From assembly GCA_964458565.1 (NCBI GenBank), contig CAYWJO010000004.1, positions 64,001-128,000 of the forward strand: 64,000 nt of DNA, given 5' to 3'. The notes under the pieces were generated by a model. The model saw only the letters and a list, made by a program, of their open reading frames with translations, made no database searches and was not told the DNA's origin. A program made the position numbers and the translations under genes. Origin of the DNA: an uncultured archaeon (GTDB taxonomy: Archaea; Asgardarchaeota; Thorarchaeia; Thorarchaeales; Thorarchaeaceae). This document shows positions 56,480-64,000 of this stretch, in pieces (the stretch's first letter is position 1; each line of letters begins with the position of its first letter).

Positions 56480-57826
56480 TTGGATAGTTATATCGAAAGT
56501 GTCTTAGAAAAGGTCAAGGCGAAAGACCCTCAGCAGAAGGTCTTTCATCAGGCCGTTGAAGAAGTGCTGGAAACTTTAGAGCCTGCCATTCAGAAATTTC
56601 CCAAGTACAAAGAACATGCTATTCTTGAAAGGATTACAGAGCCTGAGAGAATCATCCAATTCAGAGTGCCATGGGTAGATGATGAAGGAAAGGTCCACGT
56701 GAATAGAGGATTCAGAGTTCAATTCAACTCAGCCATTGGTCCTTACAAAGGTGGTCTCAGATTCCATCCTACAGTTACTCAAGGTATGCTGAAATTCTTA
56801 GGGTTTGAGCAGATTTTCAAGAACAGCCTTACAGGTCTACCCATGGGTGGTGGTAAGGGTGGTTCTGATTTTGATCCTAAAGGTAAGTCTGATAGTGAGG
56901 TTAGAAACTTCTGTCACAGTTTCATGCTTGAATTATATCGGCATGTTGGTCAGTTCATTGATGTCCCAGCAGGTGATATCGGAGTTGGTGGTCGTGAAAT
57001 TGGTTACCTCTATGGTATGTATAGAAAGGTGACTAATAATCATGGAACCTGTGTACTTACAGGTAAAGGTCCAACATATGGTGGATCACTGATTCGTCCG
57101 GAGGCAACAGGCTATGGCTGTGTATATTTCACTTCAGAGATGTTAAAAACTCGAGGTGAAGAGTTTAAAGGAAAGACTGTTGTTGTTTCTGGTTCCGGAA
57201 ATGTTGCACAATATGCAGTTGAGAAATGCATTGATTTAGGTGCAAAGGTTATCGCCCTCAGTGATTCGAGCGGCTGGATTCATGACCCTGATGGTATTGA
57301 TAGAGATAAGCTAGCTTGGATTATGGATTTGAAAAACGTTCGTAGAGGTCGTATCAAGGAATATGGCGAACACTTTGGTGTAGACTATACCGCTGGTGGA
57401 AGTCCTTGGGGTCTAAAGTGTGATGTTGCACTTCCCGCCGCTACTCAGAACGAGGTAGATGAAAAGGAAGCACAGGCATTAGTCGACAACGGAGTCATAG
57501 CTGTTGGTGAAGGCGCAAACATGCCTTGTGTACCGAAAGCAGTTGAGATATTCCAAGAGGCTGGAGTCCTATATGGTCCTGGTAAAGCCGCCAATGCAGG
57601 CGGGGTTTCAGTATCAGGTCTCGAGATGGCTCAAAACAGTCAACGCTTCTTCTGGAGCAGTGAAGAGGTAGATAGGAAACTTCACGAGATTATGGTTAAC
57701 ATTCATAGTACAGCCTACAAGACAGCTGAGATGTTTGGTCAAAAAGGAAATTACCTTCTTGGTGCAAATATCGCTGGCTTTCTTAAAGTCGCTGACGCCA
57801 TGATTGACCAGGGCTTTTTGGTGTAA
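56480..57826 (+). CDS. gdhA: NADP-specific glutamate dehydrogenase
   Basis: GPYKGGLRFHP, FEQIFKNSLTGLPMGGGKGG, DVPAGDIGVG, RPEATGYG, SGSGNVA, KAANAGGV. Confidence 0.96.
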   Translation: MDSYIESVLEKVKAKDPQQKVFHQAVEEVLETLEPAIQKFPKYKEHAILERITEPERIIQFRVPWVDDEGKVHVNRGFRVQFNSAIGPYKGGLRFHPTVTQGMLKFLGFEQIFKNSLTGLPMGGGKGGSDFDPKGKSDSEVRNFCHSFMLELYRHVGQFIDVPAGDIGVGGREIGYLYGMYRKVTNNHGTCVLTGKGPTYGGSLIRPEATGYGCVYFTSEMLKTRGEEFKGKTVVVSGSGNVAQYAVEKCIDLGAKVIALSDSSGWIHDPDGIDRDKLAWIMDLKNVRRGRIKEYGEHFGVDYTAGGSPWGLKCDVALPAATQNEVDEKEAQALVDNGVIAVGEGANMPCVPKAVEIFQEAGVLYGPGKAANAGGVSVSGLEMAQNSQRFFWSSEEVDRKLHEIMVNIHSTAYKTAEMFGQKGNYLLGANIAGFLKVADAMIDQGFLV

Positions 57827-57834
57827 AATTAGTT

Positions 57835-57866
57835 TGCAGTCCCTCTGGGGCTGCACTTTTATTTCT
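57835..57866 (+). terminator. Hairpin + T-tract terminator after gdhA
   Basis: TGCAGTCCC / GGGGCTGCA then CTTTTATTTC. Confidence 0.6.
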
Positions 57867-58474
57867 TATTTTTTAATAATATCTAATAATTCTGCTAGAC
57901 GTCTCTTGATATCTGTTTCAAGTGTTCGAAGATCCGCGAGTTGACTGATTTGTTCCAAATGCTGCTTACGATATACCTCGTCAGAAATTTCAGTTCTTCT
58001 TCTTTGCCATTCTATTTCATCCATTTGAGCATTGATTTCTCTACGTCTCTCCATCACCAATTCAAATCCAGCTTTAAGGGACATCCATTCAACCATTGCA
58101 TTACTTTTTTCTTGTTCAAGTCGCTCTTTTCTAAGTTGTTCCGATTCTATCTCCTGGAGTCTTCTATTTGCTCTTCGAATTTCTCGTTGAATTTCATATA
58201 GTCTAGCTTCAACCTCTCTCTTAAGCTGAACCATTTCTGTTGATTCCAGCCACCTGTCGCGATAGAGTTTGATATGATCCTGTTCTGAGATTGATCCTTG
58301 TTCAAGTTTGAGGTCAAGACTAGTTAATTCCACCTGTACGATTTGCAGTTTCTCTTTGATTTCTGAATAGGATTGTCTCAGAGCAACCCATTCAACACTA
58401 TATTGTGAAAGAACCTCTTTGGGTTCCAAATAGTAAGGATCTTTTCTATCTGGGGCATCATTTCCATGACTCAT
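57866..58474 (-). CDS. Coiled-coil hypothetical protein with internal duplication
   Basis: Two similar halves (VEWVALRQSY.../VEWMSLKAGF...; GSISEQDH/TEISDEVY). Confidence 0.65.
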   Translation of the reverse strand: MSHGNDAPDRKDPYYLEPKEVLSQYSVEWVALRQSYSEIKEKLQIVQVELTSLDLKLEQGSISEQDHIKLYRDRWLESTEMVQLKREVEARLYEIQREIRRANRRLQEIESEQLRKERLEQEKSNAMVEWMSLKAGFELVMERRREINAQMDEIEWQRRRTEISDEVYRKQHLEQISQLADLRTLETDIKRRLAELLDIIKK

Positions 58475-58566
58475 GGTATTGTTGAGGGATATGGAGACTT
58501 ATAGAGTTTTTACTCATTATTAATCCTTAAGAGGAGGCTATGTTCTGCTAAAAGTTGTGAGTATAA

Positions 58567-59640
58567 ATGCAGATTCAGGATGAACTTCTTCCCCCTGAAA
58601 ATCGAAAGCAGAAACCCGCTGATGTTCTAAGTGTTGCTTTTGGTACTGTCTTTACTGATCATATGCTATCAGTTCAATATGACCAAGGTATGTGGAGGAA
58701 TGCCCGAATTCATCCATATAGACCATTGAATTTAGATCCCGCATCACTATGTCTCCATTATGGACAAGGAATATTCGAAGGTATGAAGGCATATCGTCGT
58801 GCTGAACGTATTCTTCTTTTCCGTCCAATTGAAAATTTCAAACGTTTCAATACATCTGCGATACGTATGGTTATGCCAACAATAGATGAGAATTTCGCTT
58901 TGGAGTCTCTAATGCGGTTACTGAAGATAGAACGAGATTGGGTGCCTACTTTGAAGGGAAGTTCACTTTACATTCGACCTACAATGATTGCAACAGAACC
59001 GAAGCTTGGAGTAAAACCTTCCGATGAATATCTTTACTTTGTAATCCTGAGTCCAGTTGGTCCGTATTTCAAAGAAGGTTTCAATCCTGTCAAAATCATG
59101 GTTTCGGAAAATCATGTTCGGGCAGCTGAAGGTGGCGTTGGAGCAGCAAAAACAATCGGTAACTATGCAGCTAGTTTGAAAGCAGGCACTTTGGCGACAA
59201 AAATTGGATACTCGCAGGTTCTTTGGCTTGATGCTCATGATCAGAAATATCTTGAAGAAGTAGGAACAATGAATATCTTTGTGAGGTTCGATGATGAATT
59301 AGCAACTCCTCCTTTGTCTGGCACAATCCTGCCTGGAATCACACGTGATTCAGTCATTCAGTTAACGCGAAATTGGGGTTACAACGTAAATGAGCGTAGG
59401 ATTTCAATCAATGAGGTTATCGAAGGGCTTAGATCCGGAAAAGTTGAGGAGGTATTTGGTTGTGGCACAGCTGCTATTATTGCTCCAGTCGGTCATCTCT
59501 ACTATCAGAATACCGAACATCTTGTTTCTGGTGGTAAAATTGGAGAATTAACTCAGAATCTATACGATGAAATAACAGGAATACAATCAGGCGAAAAGGA
59601 AGACCCCTTTGAGTGGGTCGTTGAGGTCTCCCAAGATTAG
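58567..59640 (+). CDS. ilvE: Branched-chain amino acid aminotransferase
   Basis: FGTVFTDHM, LHYGQGIFEGMKAY, LYIRP, KTIGNYAAS, EEVGTMN, ILPGITRDS, GTAA. Confidence 0.93.
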   Translation: MQIQDELLPPENRKQKPADVLSVAFGTVFTDHMLSVQYDQGMWRNARIHPYRPLNLDPASLCLHYGQGIFEGMKAYRRAERILLFRPIENFKRFNTSAIRMVMPTIDENFALESLMRLLKIERDWVPTLKGSSLYIRPTMIATEPKLGVKPSDEYLYFVILSPVGPYFKEGFNPVKIMVSENHVRAAEGGVGAAKTIGNYAASLKAGTLATKIGYSQVLWLDAHDQKYLEEVGTMNIFVRFDDELATPPLSGTILPGITRDSVIQLTRNWGYNVNERRISINEVIEGLRSGKVEEVFGCGTAAIIAPVGHLYYQNTEHLVSGGKIGELTQNLYDEITGIQSGEKEDPFEWVVEVSQD

Positions 59641-59641
59641 C

Positions 59642-60010
59642 TTATTCAATATCAAAAGCTTTGCGTTCAGCATCAGATATTGCTGGTGATTCGTTGTCTA
59701 GAGATTCCCACTCTGGTGGAGGTTCAACATGAGGCTTATCGATGTCTAGGTCTTCGAATTTTGAAACTTCAGTTTCAGAATCTTCTTCCTCATCTTCAGT
59801 ATCCTCATCTCTTTCTTCAGAATCCTCTTCCTCCTCATCCTCTTCATAAGCCTCGACTTTTATCGCACCAGATTCAATTTTATCAATGAGAAGGTTGAAC
59901 AATCTCTCGACTACTGCACTACTTCCTTTAGCCTCAAACTCGAGATCGCCTAATTCAAATTCTATCTCAACATAATCTTCTTTTTTATATCCCGATTCAT
60001 CATCAGTCAT
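59642..60010 (-). CDS. Acidic hypothetical protein
   Basis: VEIEFELGDLEFEAKGS beta motif plus a long D/E tract. Confidence 0.6.
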   Translation of the reverse strand: MTDDESGYKKEDYVEIEFELGDLEFEAKGSSAVVERLFNLLIDKIESGAIKVEAYEEDEEEEDSEERDEDTEDEEEDSETEVSKFEDLDIDKPHVEPPPEWESLDNESPAISDAERKAFDIE

Positions 60011-60128
60011 TGTATTTACCTATATGCCTCTTAATCGCAATCCTATTAAATTCTCCATGTGTGGACATTGATTCCTAAATCCTTTTAGCATAGATGTGTA
60101 TAGTGAAGAAATTGCGGACGTGCTTCTC

Positions 60129-60620
60129 ATGACCTCACAACTCACAGTTGATTACACCAAGTGTACAGGTTGTCGGATTTGTGAATTAGCTTGCTCAGCT
60201 AAACATGAAGGAAGTTTCAGACCTAGTTATGCAAGACTTAAGATAATCAAGTACGACGATTTAGGATTAGATATACCAAACGTTTGTGGGCCATGTGAGG
60301 AGGCACCTTGCGTCGATGTATGTCCGGTCTATGCGATGCGTCGTGATCCAATAACAAAGATGACTTTTCTAGACCATGATAAGTGCATCTTGTGTAAGAC
60401 CTGTGTTGGCGCTTGTGTAAATGGAGTCATCTTATTAGATACTGAGAAAATGCGGATTATCAAATGCGACCACTGTGGAGGAGACCCCGAATGTGCAAAG
60501 GTCTGCCCTACAGGTGCAATAAAGTATGGTCCCACCGCACAATCTACGATTGTAGAACGCCACCAGAAGGCAATGACCTATCTTGCGGAAATGAAGAGAG
60601 CTGCTGATACACATGAATGA
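60129..60620 (+). CDS. 4Fe-4S dicluster protein (AOR-associated Fe-S subunit)
   Basis: CTGCRICELAC, C..CEEAPCVDVCP, CILCKTCVGAC, KCDHC.GDPECAKVCP. Confidence 0.9.
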   Translation: MTSQLTVDYTKCTGCRICELACSAKHEGSFRPSYARLKIIKYDDLGLDIPNVCGPCEEAPCVDVCPVYAMRRDPITKMTFLDHDKCILCKTCVGACVNGVILLDTEKMRIIKCDHCGGDPECAKVCPTGAIKYGPTAQSTIVERHQKAMTYLAEMKRAADTHE

Positions 60621-60635
60621 GCTGGGTGTGGTATA

Positions 60636-62528
60636 ATGAGATTTGGTGGTTATAGAGGTCGAATCCTGAGAGCAGACTTGAGCGCTGGCACGTTCAAAGC
60701 TGAATCCATCCCTGAGGACTGGATTCGAAATTATATCGGTGGTGATGGTTTTGCTGCTAGGTTACTCTATGAGGAAGTACCAGGAGGTACTGATTCGTTG
60801 AGTCCAGAAAACAAACTCATTGTGGCAACAGGTCCAATTACCGGTACATTGTGGCCGATGAGTGGACGTACAGTTTTTGTATCCAAAGCCGCTCAAACTG
60901 GTATTTGGGGTGAGAGCCACGTTGGTGGATTTGCTGGAGCTGAGTTGAAATACGCAGGATATGATATGCTCGTCCTAGAGGGAAAATCTGAGAGGCCTGT
61001 ATATGTCTTGATTCAGGATTCACATCTTCAATTGGTCGACTCATCAGACTTTTCAGGCATGCACACTAATGATGTCACATCTGCAATCAAAAAGCGTCAC
61101 AATGATCCTGACATTCAAGTGGCTGCTATTGGACCGGCTGGTGAGAATCAGGTAAAGTATGCCTCAGTTATAATCAACAACGCTCGTGCCGCAGGTCGTA
61201 CCGGGATGGGTGCTGTATTGGGCTCAAAAAATGTCAAAGCTATTGCAATACGTGGAACCGGTGCAATAGATGTGCATGATCATGAGCGATTTGTTGAACT
61301 AGCTAAGGAGGCACACATGAGAATTCGAAGACATCCTCAAGCGCAAGAGATGGGAAAATGGGGTACATGGATTCTTACAGCAACAAAGCAAGAGATTGGA
61401 GAGTTACCTACATTCAATCATAGAACCGGTGTATTTGATGAATGGGAGAAGCTTAGCGGTGACTACATTCGCCCCCGTTATACTATATCTGACCGTGCTT
61501 GTTTCGGTTGTAGTTTGGGATGCAAAAAGGTAAATTATATTCCACATGGCCCTTACAGCGGCACCTTGGAAGAAGGTCCAGAATATGAAGGTCTGATGTC
61601 TTTTGGGAGTCTCCTTGGAATTGGGGATTACCCCACATGTCTGAAAGCTAATCAATTGTGTAATAGATATGGAATGGATATCATCTCAGTTGGCGCGACA
61701 ATTGCATTCGCGTTCGAGCTCTACGAAGAAGGCATCATCAACGAGAAAGATACTGATGGTCTGAAACTAGAATGGGGAAACAAAGCGGTAGCGATAAAGC
61801 TCGTAGAGATGATTGGGAAACGTGAGGGCTTCGGTGATATTCTCGCAGAAGGAAGTAAAATCGCCGCTGAAAAAATCGGTGGCAGAGCTGCAGAATTCGC
61901 GATGCATGTAAAAGGCCTTGAAGTATCAGGACAAGATGGACGCACTCACAGGAGTATAGGACTCTCCCATGCTACTGGTGCACGAGGTGCTGATCATCTG
62001 CGTAGCCTTGTAATTGTCGATCAAATGGGATATCGGGAAATAGCTGCAGAACGGTGGGGTGAGGATAAAATTCCAGAAATACTCGACCCATACACAGAAA
62101 CATACAAGGCTGCAGCAGTCGTTGAAACCGAAAATGCGTACTGTATTCGAGATACACTCATTGTCTGTTGGTACTCGGTATCATGGCCTCCTATTTTTTG
62201 GATGGACGATTTTGCAAAGATGCTACCTCTTGTGACAGGCATTGAGGAATTTGGTTCCCTTGAGTTACTTACTGAGATTGCTGAGCGTCAGGTGAATCTA
62301 AAGCGTTTATTCAATGCAAGAGAGGGCATAACTCGAGCGAATGACAATTTGCCAAAAAGATTTACGGATGAACCTATGCCTGAAGGTCCTGGAAAAGGAC
62401 AAGTTGTTAATCTCAATCCAATGCTTGATGATTATTACACTCGACGAGGATGGAATCTAGAAACAGGTCTTCCAACAAATGATACAATTAAACGTTTATC
62501 ACTTGAGTGGACTCGTAACTACAATTAG
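60636..62528 (+). CDS. aor: Tungsten aldehyde:ferredoxin oxidoreductase family
   Basis: LKYAGYD, IGPAGEN, RAAGRTGMGAVLGSKNVKA, CFGCSLGC, GPEYE, RGADH, YY..RGW. Confidence 0.92.
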   Translation: MRFGGYRGRILRADLSAGTFKAESIPEDWIRNYIGGDGFAARLLYEEVPGGTDSLSPENKLIVATGPITGTLWPMSGRTVFVSKAAQTGIWGESHVGGFAGAELKYAGYDMLVLEGKSERPVYVLIQDSHLQLVDSSDFSGMHTNDVTSAIKKRHNDPDIQVAAIGPAGENQVKYASVIINNARAAGRTGMGAVLGSKNVKAIAIRGTGAIDVHDHERFVELAKEAHMRIRRHPQAQEMGKWGTWILTATKQEIGELPTFNHRTGVFDEWEKLSGDYIRPRYTISDRACFGCSLGCKKVNYIPHGPYSGTLEEGPEYEGLMSFGSLLGIGDYPTCLKANQLCNRYGMDIISVGATIAFAFELYEEGIINEKDTDGLKLEWGNKAVAIKLVEMIGKREGFGDILAEGSKIAAEKIGGRAAEFAMHVKGLEVSGQDGRTHRSIGLSHATGARGADHLRSLVIVDQMGYREIAAERWGEDKIPEILDPYTETYKAAAVVETENAYCIRDTLIVCWYSVSWPPIFWMDDFAKMLPLVTGIEEFGSLELLTEIAERQVNLKRLFNAREGITRANDNLPKRFTDEPMPEGPGKGQVVNLNPMLDDYYTRRGWNLETGLPTNDTIKRLSLEWTRNYN

Positions 62529-62627
62529 ATTTCTCTTTTATTCTAATAATATTGAACTAGCATATACCGACTCAGATATGAGTTCTGCTGCAATGCAAAT
62601 GATTCTTTAATGCATCCTCCACTCTGA

Positions 62628-63596
62628 TTACATTCTTACGTAATCGACGTTGTGGGTTGCTCCACATGCTTCACACTTGTATTGGTCCGGTCCAACCCAA
62701 TCAATTGTTTCGTAACTCATAGGTGCATTGCAGTTTGTACATCTATTCTTAATCTGAGGTTTGACTAGTACAACTCCTGCGGTTGTTCCTGATGATGCAG
62801 TAGCTTGCATCTCTTGCCTTGTTTCTGTTGCTTCAAACATTGTTTTTGGTGTTACCGAGTCCGCAATAGTGTATTGTGAAAGTGGGTGAATTGCATCAAT
62901 TCGCGAGTATGGCATAACAAGCCACTCAAGATAGTCACAATTAATTTCATCCCAGCATCTTTGTTGCCAAACAGCAAGAAGATGGTCTTGACGAGGTACA
63001 GTACCCTTTATTTCGAATTCTCCTGTGGTTGCCTTGAGCTTTAGTCTATTTCCCCTCGATTCGAAGGTTTCAACCATGTGCATTGGGAACATGTACACCT
63101 TGCGTTTCTTCGCATCAAATTGATATAGTCGATAATTAGTAAGTATGAAACTATCTGGCCAATATGTGAATACCACTTCATCCTTGAGCCAAGCAAATGT
63201 TGTGTAGAAATGTCTTGAAAAGGGTCTATGGAATCCGACCCATGACCATCTGTTATAGGGCTGATTTTCATGTATAAATGGGATTCCTGACATTTCACAG
63301 AGTCGTCTTTGATCTCCTGCAGTGATTCCAGAATATTCTTTGAGGCCCAAGGCGGCTCTCACCTGTTCCCTTGGAACTAGTTTCCCAACTACATTGACAA
63401 TCCCATTTACAACGCGGAACATAGCTGAGTTTGGAGTCAATTTGTATTCCTTGATTATATGCAATGGCAGACTCACATTGGATCTTGTCCCCTCATCCCA
63501 CTGAATGAGTCTGAAATTTGTTAACACATAACTTCTAGTATGTGAGAGGCCTCTCTCACCAGGAGCCATAATAACTGAATTCAACTCTATGAACAC
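62628..63596 (-). CDS. Tandem PH/GRAM-like domains + C-terminal zinc ribbon
   Basis: Duplicated motif SYVLTNFRLIQWD / SFILTNYRLYQFD; CTNCNAP...CEACG. Confidence 0.65.
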   Translation of the reverse strand: MFIELNSVIMAPGERGLSHTRSYVLTNFRLIQWDEGTRSNVSLPLHIIKEYKLTPNSAMFRVVNGIVNVVGKLVPREQVRAALGLKEYSGITAGDQRRLCEMSGIPFIHENQPYNRWSWVGFHRPFSRHFYTTFAWLKDEVVFTYWPDSFILTNYRLYQFDAKKRKVYMFPMHMVETFESRGNRLKLKATTGEFEIKGTVPRQDHLLAVWQQRCWDEINCDYLEWLVMPYSRIDAIHPLSQYTIADSVTPKTMFEATETRQEMQATASSGTTAGVVLVKPQIKNRCTNCNAPMSYETIDWVGPDQYKCEACGATHNVDYVRM

Positions 63597-63675
63597 CTAT
63601 TATCCGTTTTATTCCTATGACTGTACGAAGGTACTCTGATAAAGCTTCGGCGTATCATTCATACGATATACTACT

Positions 63676-63885
63676 TCATCTCGGTACTGAAAGATAGAGG
63701 ATATCATCGAAACCAACGATCCCAAAACCTGATGGGTTCTCAAGTTTCACATGTTCTTCGAAGATTTCTGCGACCCTCACATTTGGAATTTTGGCAAGAG
63801 TGTCTCTTTGTTGGTATTTAAGATAAACCGTAAATACTGATTGATTTAATTTCAAATCGCTGAAGATATTCCTCCAATCCGGCAT
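63676..63885 (-). CDS. Small protein, possible Sm-like/SH3-type beta-barrel
   Basis: GGAGGT upstream; helix followed by five short strands ending ..DDILYLSV. Confidence 0.45.
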   Translation of the reverse strand: MPDWRNIFSDLKLNQSVFTVYLKYQQRDTLAKIPNVRVAEIFEEHVKLENPSGFGIVGFDDILYLSVPR

Positions 63886-64000
63886 CGATTTGTACCTCCG
63901 ATTGTATCAGAGCATAATTCAGTTGCATTTAACACTTACCCAAAATGCAATGTGGTTTGCTTATTCACTGTCCAAGAGAATTTTCAAATTATGTGGACTT

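Noticed and set aside
1-64000. CRISPR arrays, tRNA/rRNA genes, transposases, integrases, defence systems
   Set aside because: No repeat-spacer periodicity, cloverleaf, rRNA-like tract or mobile-element protein motif was seen.

Overview
Gene-dense archaeal chromosomal DNA, very probably from an Asgard archaeon (Thorarchaeia-like). This assignment is inferred from a Snf7/ESCRT-III gene, a longin-like gene, an E2F/DP-like winged-helix factor and PH/GRAM-like proteins. About 60 CDS are present, mostly metabolic or housekeeping (Opp peptide ABC transporter cluster, gdhA, ilvE, aor, thrC, surE, wecB, udp, dcd, Mrp, IMPase, PGI/PMI). I saw no rRNA, tRNA, CRISPR array or transposase. Main findings: (1) oppB is interrupted by a 31-nt insert that folds as a relaxed bulge-helix-bulge archaeal intron, and canonical endonuclease cleavage would restore the reading frame exactly, so it is a candidate mRNA intron. 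(2) At 4.2-9.8 kb an amidohydrolase and a CDC48-N-domain/vWA protein with intact catalytic motifs sit head-to-head with a single fused copy of both that has lost those motifs, flanked by another vWA protein, a HEAT/UBM-like repeat protein and the E2F-like factor. (3) A chelatase-type AAA+/vWA pair is joined by an A9 -1 frameshift site with a hairpin and carries an unusual membrane anchor. (4) A glutamate-cysteine-ligase-family domain is fused to about six cytoplasmic Ig-like domains. (5) There are candidate ncRNAs (an H/ACA-like guide and two CU-rich stem-loop sRNAs) and probable ATT/ATA start codons. All family calls come from motif recognition by eye; no database searches were run.
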